Program-made: the position numbers and the translations under genes | Shown: positions 13,401-25,712 of the stretch, piece by piece | How positions within the stretch are numbered: position 1 is the first letter of the stretch | Layout of the letters: the number at the start of each line of letters is the position of its first letter | The notes under the pieces: model-generated | Databases searched by the model: none | Told to the model about the DNA's origin: nothing | What the model saw: only the letters and a program-made list of their open reading frames with translations | Source: Geosiphon pyriformis uo1 | Lineage: Eukaryota > Fungi > Glomeromycota | Assembly: GCA_016748015.1 (NCBI GenBank) | Contig: JAAOMT010000602.1 | Span: 62,001-126,000 of the forward strand | DNA length: 64,000 nt | Direction: 5' to 3'

Positions 13401-15092
13401 AGCTTCCCTCCAGAGACCAGAGACAGATTCCTCAGATAAGCAAAAGTTCAAAAACACCAAGAGCATATTAAGGACCAAAATATTGCAATGTTTCCAAAGC
13501 TCATTTGAGATACCTGAAAGGCCAGCAGCTTTGCCATCCGGCAGGTTGGAGACAACCCCAAACAGTTCATCAAAGTCGATCAAACCCATTACACCAGAAA
13601 AAGCTTTGTCGAAAACATAACCTAGAAGATGATACTGGCAAGACCACTCATTATTAATATCGAGCACTACCCTTCACTTTCTAGTCCAACCTTCCATAAT
13701 CTTATCTACCTTGGACTTTACTAGAGCAAGATCCAACACCAGCTCATCTCCCACCACCAAATGGTCCAAAACCACCTTGCGGAAGGGTCACTCCAAAACA
13801 CTACATACAATATGACCTTTGTTCAACTCAAAACTCTCCATTTTTTTGTCAATTGCCAACTTAATCTGAGATTCTTTGGCATGGTTTGATTCTGACAACT
13901 TAGATGAATGGTAGGATTTCCTGATCTTGGCCAAAGCTGAACAAATAGTATCAAAATGGGAACCCGAAAGAAACAGAGAATCCACAACAGAAGCATTAGC
14001 AAGATCAATTCTTTTCCATGTATCAAGTAGAGAAACAAACTCCTCATGAGAGACCAGACAAGAGGCTTTGACAATCTTCGACACCAAAAGTTCTAATTTG
14101 TGAAATCTGAATGATACTTTATTATAGACACTATTAAAACTATTAAACCACTTTTTTTTGAAAACGTTCTCAGCCAACAAACACACCACTTGGTGAAGGT
14201 GACCCCACATTGTGTCCAGGTCCAGACTCATCTTGGCAGCATAAAATTCATCATGGAACATGGCAGCATTCGCCGACGTATCCTCTTTAAACTTGATTCA
14301 TTCAGCATTACCAGCATCCACAAAATTGTACTTCCAACAATCTTTATTTGCTTGTTTGTGCAATGTGTTCAACTGCGCATCCAGCAAACCACCAAGACCC
14401 ATGGAAACAGAAACAGTTTTATGATTAGTATTAAAATACTCTTCAACACCAGACATATTATAATCCAGAATTGCATTAACTAAACTCAATAACACAAACA
14501 CATAATCAATAATTTTAGCCACTCCACAAGAATTGGCCCACATAGCTTCCTTTCCAAACAAGCTTCCACTCAAGGAGTTGACCAAACCCAAATCAAAACA
14601 TTTTCTAAAGCTGGCACTTTTGTGAGAACCATTTTTATTGAAATCTCCACCCAAGATGACAAAAAAAGACTTATTTACTGCCCTCGCAATCAAAGAATTG
14701 ATATCATCCACCTGAGAGAAATGTACCACCAAAGATGATCCAGCATACAGCCCCAAAACTGACACAGACAGTTTATTTTTGAAGAGAAGCTTGATAGAAA
14801 AAAACCAGCCAGGAATGTCCGAAACCTTACACATATGCTGAGCCAAAAAATTGTTTATAATGATTATAACCCCAGAACTCATGTGACCAGAATTCAAACC
14901 AGAAGTAAAAATTCGAATGCCAACAAACTTGTTCATGATCCAAGGGTGAATCCCATCTTTCAACTTAGTCTCAGTAACAATTAAAATCATATTGTTCATT
15001 TCTTTATGCCAACAAATAATATCCTCCTGTTTTGCAGGATTGTTCATTCCCCTAACATTGCACATGGCAATTTTCCAAATATAACCAGTCAT
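10462..15092 (-). pseudogene. LINE-A ORF2: AP endonuclease, reverse transcriptase, RNase H and C-terminal zinc finger; 9 premature stops, 1 frameshifting deletion
   Basis: APE motifs NVRG, ETKL, GGDFN, IIDY; RT motifs KAAGLSGI, HPIAL, L*DMKKAYD, D*EEVFSSLL, FVDN, YLG; RNase H motifs VYTDRS, AELQAI, SDSQ, HSGVLGN; CLYC-x7-HVFSC. Confidence 0.93.
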
Positions 15093-16951
15093 TGAGATAA
15101 GGAGAGAACCAGAGGATCCAAACCAGCACACATCTGCTCTAATTTTGCCAAAATCAAGCCAATAGAGACATTGAGAGCAACCAACTTCGACTCTAAAATG
15201 CCAATTTTAGAAGTTAGCACCTTGGAACTGCTCAGACCCAATTGAGAATTGTTATTGCCAGACGAAAGAGAAATAGGCTGAATCAAAGAAACATCTAACA
15301 CCATGTTGGAACCCAAGTCAGAGTCATCAACCATAAAAAAATCAGAGACGGATGGGTGAGGAGTACTCACAGAAAGAATCACACTAGAAGAAGGAGCTGA
15401 AGGCACCAAACTGAGATTGTCAAGACAAAGAATAATGTTCGAAATTTAATCAGATAAAAGCTCTACAAAGCATTTCAGACGTGCCAAACATATACCCAAG
15501 GGGGAATCAACCATAGAAAGAGGGGGAGAGATATCACCAGAACTTAAAGCACCAAAGGACAGAGAACCAGAACCAGAGCCATCATGAAATCCATGAGAGA
15601 CTGAAACAACTGAGACCACTTGGGCCCAGAATTTGCCTCCAAAAGCAACAGGACAAGAGATTAGAACCTTCTTTTTAGCATATAATTTGGCCAGCTGGAG
15701 ACGAGTATCCAAGTTAGCAGGCTTTTTAAATGACTTGGGTGACTGAAAAGCTGATGCAACTTCAGCATCACATTCCAAGGCAGAATGACCAAATTTCCCA
15801 CACCATTCACAGTGAACTAAATCCAACCTAGCCCATAAGAGTTTTACATTACCAAAGATTGGCTCTGTGCAAAAAACTGACTCCATAGCTTCATTAGATT
15901 CAAAGCAGACTACAGCACAGCGAGTTCTATTGCCAGTCTCCAATGAACGATTGATGACACAAGTTTTTCCATTGGCCCCTTCCAAAAAAGTCCCAAGATC
16001 ATGAGCTGTTGTTCCCACTGGCAATGTGAACAGAAGCACCCTGAATTGATCTCTAAAAGCCCATGTCTCACAATCTTTCACAGCTTTTGCCACACGCACA
16101 GAATCTTTTCCAATTAAGAAAGACCATTTTGAAGCCAATTGCTCTGCCTGTTCTGGTTCAGCAAATTCCACCACAGCTTTCTGCCACATGCTGATCAGCT
16201 GAATTTTGATTGATTTAATATCCCCAAATTCAGACACTGCGGCGACAATCATATCTTTTGACATGTCCATGGAAATTTTTTTGATCACCACAGCTCAATC
16301 TGACCCAATTCTTTGTCTTTTAAGATTGCTGTTTACTATGATGTCATTTTCCCTGGCCAATGAGGTGGCTTTTTTCATGCTTGCTTCAGAGATAAAGGTA
16401 GATCTGATGATCTCTTCAAATTTTGAAGGGGTAGTGGCCCCCCCAAAACCATTGATTCTTGAAAATAATTTTCTTATGGCATAAGTTTTGGCTGTTGCCA
16501 ATTTTCCTTCCACAGTCAAAAGATTGATGTCCAAAGCAAAAAATTTTTTTACAGCCACTTCCACCTGAATTTTAATGATTTTGGGATCAATCCACACCTT
16601 ATCCAAAGAAAAAGACTTATGGGAAGGAAGAGAAACCTCCTCTTCCTCCTCCATGTTGAAATTAATAGAGCCAAGGGGGGAGCCAACAATTGCACCATTA
16701 TTGAAATGCTTGGCTTAGGGTGTATTCATCTTGGAATCGGATACTCCTTCACCTTCGAAAGCCTCCCCATCAGTATCCATGCTATTAAACTGCCTGATCA
16801 CTTGACCAGATCCACTACTTTTAAGAGCCACACCATTACTTGATAGCTTAGCACCCCCAGGAGGTTTCTTGACCTTATGACTTGAACCACTACTAACTGA
16901 ACCAGAAGTTGGAACTCTGGTCGACCTTTTTTTAGCACCAGTACCACTCAT
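15089..16951 (-). pseudogene. LINE-A ORF1 (RRM-like region and CCHC zinc knuckle), 621 codons with 3 premature stops
   Basis: ORF fragments 16715..16951, 16295..16654, 15446..16291 and 15089..15409 share one frame; CEWCGKFGHSALEC fits CX2CX4HX4C. Confidence 0.9.
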
Positions 16952-18379
16952 GGGAACAGCCAGATCAACAACAAAAGGATTTGTTTCTTGTAAAGTGATG
17001 GAAAACAGTATAAAATAGCAGAAAAAACTTCTTTCAAAATACGTTTTTTGAGGATTTTAGGAGGTAAAAGAGAAAAAAGTTTTTTAATTATAATTCAATT
17101 TTGTTTAAATATTATAAATAATTATAAATAATTTTGATTTATTAAAAAATATATAAATTTATGACATACACTCAAATTTTCAAGTAATTAAAAGTATTTT
17201 AATTATTTATAATTGTAAAATTTAATTCTATTTTAAATATTTATTTTATTTTATTTATAAATTATTATATTAAATAACAATTTGATTTTAAAATTAAAAA
17301 CTAAGCTACTAATATTTAAAAAAATGTTTTACAATCTTTTTTTAAAGTGCTTTAAGTAATTATTTGTGTTTTTATTAAATTATTTAAAATTATTTAATTT
17401 TCATTTTAAAAGATTTTTGTAATTAAGTTTTATTGTTTTTTTAAAAGATGTCTTAATATATGTTTTTTTACTAGTTTTTATTAAAGTTTTGCAGAATTAA
17501 AAATAATAAAAAAGAAAAACTTGTAATATACTCCAAGTTTCATTCTATTAATAAGCAAAAAAAAAATTTCTATTTAAAAGTAATTTTAAAGCATTTATAA
17601 TAATATATAATGTCATTATATATAAAATTAACAATTAAAAATAACTGTTTAATTTATTATTGTTTTGATTTTTATCTATTTATCAGATAATTTGTTATTG
17701 TTATTATGTTTTAGTTTTTATTAAATATTATTATAAAAAATCTAACTAATTATATCAAAAGATTAACTAACAGATATTTTTTCAATTGGATTTATCTTTT
17801 TGCAAATAAATATTACAAATTCAAATATATTTTTTTATATTTTTTTTAAGATCAGCCAATAATATTATATTAATATTTTTTGAATTATTTTTGTTTTTTT
17901 GAAATATTTTGTTAATGAATCAATAGGTATATTATATATTATTTTTTTTAGTTTTTTTAACTTAATTAATTTTAACAAATTAAATAAAATTTTAATTATT
18001 TATATAAATTTTTTCTTTTTTCTTAATTATAGTTTAATAAGTACTATTTTTTACTTAAAAAGTTGGCAAGTGTTATATAGTTTTTCAAATTTATTGTTAT
18101 GTTTAATTGTAAATAAAATACTAATAATTAGTTTTTTGAGATTGTTATGACTTTTTTATTATTGAATTACTAATTAAAATAATGTGTTTGTATTTTGATT
18201 GTTTATTTCTTTCTAATATTTGATTTTATAATTGTATTAAAAAATTTAACTTATGTTCTAGTTTTAATTTATTATATAATCAAATCAAAACTAAAAGATA
18301 CTAATTTTAATAGTTTATTGTCTATACAATCACAAAGCATTTTTATAATTTTGTTTAACTAAAAACATAATTTTATTTA

Positions 18380-19732
18380 CAGAGGAGTATAAAAAATATT
18401 GGGCATTTTTATAATATGTTATATAAAAAAACTAACTTATGAATCGTTAATTTTTTATTATTATATTAAAATACATGTTAGTAATTTGTTTGACCTCCAT
18501 TTGCTTCAAAAATAGCTTGAACTTAACATAGAATAGACTTGATCAAATCATAATAGTAATTTACAGGTATTGCATCCCATTCTTCCTTAAACCACTGTTC
18601 TAATTGTACAATATTTGAGAGTTGTGAATTATGTTGATGAATTTTAACTTCAATATATAACCAAAGATTTTCTATTGAAGTAATATCAGGACTTTGTGCT
18701 GGCCAAGGAAGTAATTCAACATTTGAAGAGGTAAAAAAAGAATGCGTGACTTTTGATGTATAGATTGGTATATTGTCTTCCTGAAAAAAAAGCTTTTTTT
18801 GAGTTTTTTTGCATGAAGTTTTACCATAGGAATTGCATAATTTGCCAAGATTTTGTGGTGTATAACTCCATTAATATGACCAACCAAAGGAACTAAAGGA
18901 TCCAAACCAACCCATAAAAAACATTATCAAAACATATGACTAAAGCTTTTTCTAATTGTGACTGCAATATAATTCTTATGAAACTCTTCGAAAGATTTAT
19001 GCTATACATGTTCAAATCCTGTAGTTTTAAATCGTGTATATGTAGATTCATCTGACCAAACAACTTGTTTAAAATTTTCTACTGTCCAATTTTCATAAGT
19101 ACGAGCCCATTGTAAATATTTTTCTTTATTTGATTTAGAAATTAATGGCTTGAGACGAGAAATGCACAAGCGAAGTCCTTCTTAAGCTAATCTATTTCAA
19201 ATAGTTTGTATAAAAATAGATTTGTTGGTATCTTTAATAAAATTTAATTGTATTTGAGAAAGAGTTTGGCGGTGGATTTTTTTATTCTCCATTATTAAAT
19301 ATTTGAGTTGTTCACATATGCATTTGTCAAGAATTTGTGGTCAGCCTGTTCGTTTTTAAGGAAGTTTTTTTAGTTTGTATAACTTCTATACACGTATTAC
19401 AGAAGAACGTGAACATCCAATAGTCATGAAAATCTTACTGTTTATATATCATAACTTTTTTGCTGAAATAATCTCTTCTTTTTGGTATTCAAAAAGTTCT
19501 TTTCCAAAACACATTTGATGTGTAAATTTTTTTACAACAAGAATATTTGATATTTTATATATACACATATGATCCACTGTTGTGTTTTACAAGGATGCAA
19601 TTTATGTTGATTTGTAAATTATAACTATAAGTAATTATAAAAAAAATTATGGCCTACATTGGTAATAATATTACAATATATAGCTTTTTTTTTATATTAT
19701 ATTAAGTGTTCAATACTTTTTATACTCCTTTG
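18380..19732 (-). mobile_element. Tc1/mariner DNA transposon (DD34E), 1353 bp, decayed
   Basis: TIRs cagaggagtataaaaaatattgggca / caaaggagtataaaaagtattgaaca; TA duplications at 18378-79 and 19733-34. Confidence 0.92.
18478..19514 (-). pseudogene. Tc1 DD34E transposase pseudogene
   Basis: VVWSDES, FQEDN, WPAQSPDITSIENLW; 34 residues between the second D and E; several stops. Confidence 0.9.
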
Positions 19733-22700
19733 TATATAAGCTATAATGTATTCTTTTTATTACTATTTAATTGAAATAAAATAACACTTAATTAACGATT
19801 TGTCTAAGTTGAATTTTTTTAGAATAGACTTAAAAATTGGGTTTTTTTAAGAATATTGAAGACTTTCTGTCAATCTATGCTTTAATAATAGTTGACATCT
19901 TTTTTAAAAAGTTGGTTAAAAAAATTACAAATTTTTGATAATAGAATGTTAATTTAAGAAAAGATTACAGTTTACATACATTTATTTATTGTTTGAGTTT
20001 TTATACTTTTTCTATTTTGGCCAGGTTATGAAAATTTTATCTTTTGCAATAAAATGTTTTAAAAAGTAAGTAGATTAATGTTCAAAAAAAACTAAAATTT
20101 TTTCTTTTTTGAATATTACTACAATTGAGAATATTATGTACTTTTTGGTTTGTGTATAAATTTAAGCTTTTCTATTCATTTATTTTTTTTTAATAAATTT
20201 ATTATTTTTTTAATTGAATTGATAAAGCTTTATATAAATTAGTCAAATTGATTTGGTTTTGATTACATGCTAAGTTAAATTGGTTCTTTTTAATTTTTTC
20301 ATATAACTTTAAAGTTTTTTCAAAAAGTTTTAATGTTTATTTTTCTTTTTATTTTAGTTGACTCTCTTTATTTAACTATAAGAGATTCAATTTATAACAC
20401 ATTTTTCTTAAATACTTTTGTATTGTTTTTTTTTTTTATTAAATATTAAGTTGATTAATTTTTAATTTTTTGAATAGATTAAGTAAATATATTTTGTACA
20501 AAAATTATGTTGCTAATTGTTTTATTTAACATATTTATTAAACTGTTAATAGAATATTTTTTTAAGCATATCATAATATAACCAATAAAAGAGTTTTTTA
20601 TTTACAATTAATTCTTTATTGTTTATTTGTATATTGATTAAAGATTTTTTTTTGTTATTAAATATTGTGAAAATTAATTTAATTTTTTTGTTATTAGAAT
20701 TTTTAAAATTATTTTTATTATTATTGTTGTTTTTAAACTGCTATTATTGTTAAGCTATTTTTAAAAGCACTATTTAATATCAGTATATTATTACAATTTA
20801 CTTTTTGTTATATTAAATAATAAGTTTACAGAGATTATAATTTAGTAAAGCCTTAACTTTTGTTTTCAAAAATTATAATGTAATTCTAACTTTAAATATT
20901 TTTATGTTTGTTTTAATACATATTCTATTAATTTACACAGAAATAGCTTTAACAATTTTTAATTTTTTTTTATCTTTATAGAATTGTAAATGTGTTATTA
21001 ATTGACAAAAAAATATATAAACAAAGATTTTCATAAAAACTTTAACTATTAAATAAGAACTTGATTTCTAAATTATTTTTGAGAATTTAATATTGATAGT
21101 TTTTTAAATGTTTTTGTCTTTGGTGTTTTATTTTTGTTATTGAATGTTAAAATGACTGTATAAAAACTAATTTTTTGTTTTTTTAATTTTGTATAACCAA
21201 ATATCAAAAATTGGTATAATTTTATAACATATAATTTGTTATTTTTTTTTAGATTTTGTATGTATTATTCAAATTTTATTTGTTACTTTAATATTAAAAT
21301 AAAAGTTTTAAATTTATTTAAATTGGATTATAAAAAAAATAATTTTGTTTTTTATTTTCTTAAAACCATTTAATAATTTGTTAAATAGCATCAGCAGTTG
21401 TTTTTTAGGTAAATTATATAGCCACAAATTTTTAAAAATACTCTTTATTAATCTGAATTTTATAATTATTATGTACTAATTGGCTGTTAAATTTTATATA
21501 TATCTTTAAATAAAAGTAAGAAAATTGTATTTTGTTAACTAAAAGCAGTTTTTAAAGAGATTTCAGTTGATTAATAAATAGTTATACAATAGTAAATTAG
21601 ATTATTTAAAATCTCAAACTTAAGAAATAATTGTTTAAAGATAATTAAAAATATTATTTGATTAATATTATTGTTTTTGTTTTTGTTTTCGAAATTTTTT
21701 TAAATAAGCTTAATTAAAAAAATAAACAATATAAAAAAAAAAGTTTTAGTTAAGTAATCAATGTAAAACTAATTCCAAAAATTCTGAAACTATTAATTAT
21801 ATTAAGCTTCAACAGAAAAATAAATAAAACAAGATAAAAAAGAATATGACAACCTTATAAGAAGTATTATTTTTATGTTATAAATAAGTAATAGGCTAAT
21901 AAATAATAAGGAAAAAGAAATATTATATAAAAAAATTAAAAAGTAAATTTAACTGTATAAAATTATATAATTTAAGAAAAGAAAAGAGAAAAAATATTAA
22001 AAAGTCAATATTATTGAATTAATTTTGTAATTAAGAAAAAAAATTTAGTCTGAAATAAATTTTTAACACTTTGAAAAGTTTTACTTATATACTTTTAAAA
22101 AAAATTATAATAATGTCAGTAATTTAATTAATAATCAAGTTAATAATCAAGTTAAAAATTAAGTTAATAACTAAGTTGACAATTATATTAACAAATAATT
22201 TTAAAAATAAAATAGTTAATACATATAATTTAATATGATTAAAAATAAAAAATTCAATTATAATATTAAATTAATAATTTTATTGCTCTTAATACTTAAG
22301 TAATTGATTTAATTTATCAAAAAAAATTTTTTTTAAATTATTACAGTAAAACAATATTATTTTAGTCTATATTTATTACAAAAATCAAATATATAACAAC
22401 TTAATTTCAATTTAAAAATATTTACAATAGCTTAATTATTTATAAAAAATTTAGTTATTAAAACTTAAACACACAATTTAAAATTATTATGTTATATATT
22501 TCAAATTTCAAGTCCAAATTAATAATATTAAATAAGTAACAGCTTTTTTTAATAAGGTAAATTCCAAATTTTTAACTAAACTATAAGTAAAAATATTGAT
22601 TTATTTTATTTTAACATTAATAAAATGCCAATAATTTTTAAAAAACTTGTTAAATAATATATATTATTTTTAATATTTTTTAAAAAAATGGATTACAATT

Positions 22701-23611
22701 CAGAACAAAACTATTTGTTTTTTTTTAATAATTTGTGTAAACAACAAATATATTTAAAAACAAATTCTTTTGGATTAAGTTTTTTTTATTTTATAAAAGT
22801 TTTTTTTAGTTTAAATAGGGCTTTTTTTGTTCCTTAATTGTTTAATATAACCAATTTATATTTTTTAAGCATTTTGATAACTCTTAAATATACTACTTTA
22901 CCCAAAATATTAAAAACAAGTGTATTTAATTTTAATATGAATATATTGCAATTCAAAGCAAGCATAAAATTTTATAATTAACGAAAAATGGTCAAAAATT
23001 TATTTAAAAGAAAATAAAATGTTGTAGTAAATTAATAAATTTCTATTTTACTATTTGCAAATTTATTAATATGTGTTTGAAAAGTTTATTCAAAATACTT
23101 TTTACATTAAAAATTTATTAAAGCTGTAATTTTGTCTTTACTTTATATCTAATTAAAAGTTTTAATATTATACAACAAAAATAATGAATAAATTTATTTG
23201 GAAAATCTTTCAATAAGTATTATCTTATTATTATCTTAGTATTAAAATTCTTAGTTTATTTATTAAAAGCATAATATTCAAATATTAATAAAATTACTAA
23301 ATTTGGCAATTAAATAAAGTTAATTACCAATATGTAAATTTACTTTTTAATTTTTGTAATTAATAAAAATTGTTTTTATTATATTATTATTATTAATAAC
23401 AATATTATTAATTACAAAGAAATTATTAATTATATCTAAAAAAAATTTATTATTACATAATTATAAGCAATTCAAATAATACTGTATATAAATATATTAA
23501 TATTTAAATAAGAAGTTAAACTGATCTAATTTTTAGATTTGTCTGTTTTGGTCATTGATTTAAATTTACACAATAATTAAAAATTTTCCTATTTTTTTAA
23601 CTTTATATATA

Positions 23612-24845
23612 CAGTCTGGAAAGAAAAAAATTTGAAAAATATGAATCTACTAAGATTGGTTTAACCATTTTTGATAAGTTTTGTGACGGTAAAAATGGAA
23701 ACAGAATATTAGGTATGTGGCTGAGCTCTTAAAACATTTTCTCGCATATTAACTAATAGTTTTTTTTAAAACTTGTCTTTGAAATGCCGATTTCAAAGCA
23801 AGAAACGCAACAGCAAGTCATATTACATTTTTGGAAGCAAGGAATACAAAAGGCGAAAAAAATACAGAATAAAACGAATATATCTTTCTAAAATCTATAA
23901 TATCCTCGAAAAACTCAAAAAAAAAGCATGCGACTGGTAATGGGAAATTCTTTGAAAGTATTAGGGCAGATTATTCGTAGAGATTCCTCAGTTTCGTCTA
24001 GATATTAGCAATAAAGTTGGCTAAGAAGGGAATAAATGTTTCTCGTGTTACTATTTAAAACCATTTATCCAACCTTAATTATAAAAAAAGTCTTACTAGA
24101 GCAACTCCAATGCTGACCAAAGAGCTTAAGTGAAAACGTGTAGAATGGGCCAAAAAACACCTGAACGACGATTGGAAAAGAACAGTTTTTACTGATGAAA
24201 CATCTTTTCAACTTTTTCAAAACATGGTAAAACGTTGGCATAAAGGTACTCGACCAATTCGTCCTATGCCTAAAGATCGAACAAAAATTCTCGCGTGGGG
24301 GAGTTTCTACGAAAAAGGAAAGACTAGTTTATTCTGTTTTGTTCAAATAATGAATGCTCAATTTTATATAGAAATTCTTTGTAACCACTTACCTGAAATT
24401 AGAGCAATGCTGGGGGATAATTGGCGATTCCAACAAGATAATGACGATACTAGCAAGCTTGCCAAAGAGTTTATTGCTGAGAATACAACTGAATTATTGG
24501 GGTAGCCATCTAATAGTCCCGACTTAAACCCAATAGAAAACCTTTGGGCTATTGTTAAAAAGAATATAGAAAAAAGAATGCCTTGAAATTGTAGTGAATT
24601 AGAGAGATTTATGGGGGAAGAGTGGCAAGATATTCCTGAATCTACCTTAATTAGTTTAGTAGGATCAATGAGGCGGCGTTGTGAAATAATAATTGAGAAA
24701 AATGGTGAAAGAATTTCCTATTAATTTTTTTTAATAAAATTATATGGTATTTGACTTTCTAATAAAAGTTTTTTTATGTAATTTGGTACATTAGTTAAGA
24801 CATATTAATTATTTTTATATTTCCAATTTTTTTTTTACCAGACTG
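23612..24845 (+). mobile_element. Second Tc1/mariner DNA transposon, 1234 bp, a different family
   Basis: TIRs cagtctggaaagaaaaaaatttgaaaaatat / cagtctggtaaaaaaaaaattggaaatat; TA at 23610-11 and 24846-47. Confidence 0.92.
23784..24724 (+). pseudogene. Tc1-type DDE transposase pseudogene
   Basis: VFTDETSF, FQQDND, *PSNSPDLNPIENLW, ends NGERISY*; stops and frameshifts. Confidence 0.9.
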
Positions 24846-25681
24846 TATATAAAAAATTTGCTATAAAAAAAATGAAGAAATCTTTTTTTGATTCAATCTA
24901 TTTTAATTAAAGCTATCAGTTTTGTATTTATTAAAACACTTTGCTATTTGTAAGATTTAAGTATTATCAAAATTCAGATTTTTTCAATATTAAATAAACA
25001 TGTATTAAACAAGTTAGAAAAAAACTAAACCATAATATTACAATGTTTTTGAAATCTTGGACAAATTAACAGTCTTGCTATTAGGTAAATCTTTTATAAT
25101 TCTGAAAAGCTTATGTATTGAAATGCTTTTTATCACATTTTCAAAAACTCTATTGTCATCATGTTTCAAAAATTTATACTGAAGCTTTTAGACTGCTGAT
25201 ATTTTATCCAAAATCTTTTTTTTGGTCTAATTTTCTAGAAGCAGAACAATTTTACTCATTATCAATGAAATGATTTAAGATAACCTTTCTAAAAGAATGT
25301 TCTAGAAATTTTTTTATTGTGTAACTCTTTTTTAATATCTTTTATTATTTTTACTTTTTTTAACTTAAACATATGAAATGATTTTCTAAAACCAAAAACA
25401 AACTTTTTCACAAAATAATTAACGAGAAAAATAATTTAAAAAAGGGAATTGACTAAAAAAATATTACTAATTATGAAAAAATTGACATAAATTTATTTTA
25501 ACAAAAATCAACTATGATATTTAATTATTGTTATAGTGTTTTAAACTAAGATTAATATTTGGATGAAGCACAGTTTAAATAAGCTTTCAAAAAGTTGACC
25601 AAAATATCTGAAATTATACAAAACTTAAAGTGATAAAATTTGTTATGCAAAACAAAGTTATATTAACAATTGCAAAAAAGA

Positions 25682-25712
<31 letters not shown>

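Larger units (their letters stand above)
10331..17083 (-). mobile_element. Full-length (about 6.75 kb) inactivated LINE non-LTR retrotransposon with RNase H (LINE-A)
   Basis: Two-ORF layout; poly(A) tail at about 10331-10339; perfect TSD ttaattataattcaatttt at 10312-10330 and 17084-17102 (the last Ts are ambiguous with the tail). Confidence 0.95.
17200..21650 (-). mobile_element. Heavily hypermutated Ty3/Gypsy LTR retrotransposon relic (PR-RT[core deleted]-RNase H-integrase order), interrupted by a Tc1
   Basis: Minus translations vs Gypsy consensus: LKRTNLT*HVIKT (LGRTN..QH.I.T, about 20270); NLAKIEKV and INVCKL*SFLKLTFYYQKFV (DPAKIEKV, TNVRELRSFLGLASYYRKF, about 19930-20030); NTNTLF* (NADALSR, 18174-18194); YYWLIL..KNIKKYI*ICNI (integrase H2C2); FIYNDIIYYYKCFK (FIYxDIICRHGCPK). 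LTRs not found. Confidence 0.8.
21670..25680 (-). mobile_element. Hypermutated 5'-truncated LINE ORF2 relic (LINE-C), interrupted by a Tc1
   Basis: Colinear with LINE-A ORF2: DLPNSKTVNLSKIS vs NLPDGKAAGLSGIS; ILKSYK*QSVLINTKLIALIK vs IPKPYKWKGVLTNTHPIALIK; LDIINNFFVINNI vs LDIANEFFQINDI; FINN*AIVNIFKLKL vs FSDSQSALDACKSEL; A-rich tail at about 21670-21690. Confidence 0.8.

Noticed and set aside
10645-16843. Plus-strand ORFs inside LINE-A
   Set aside because: Antisense shadows of ORF1/ORF2 with no recognisable motifs
20500-21100. Apparent Gln-rich ORF with many TAA codons on the minus strand
   Set aside because: Probably an off-frame reading of the Gypsy gag/protease region
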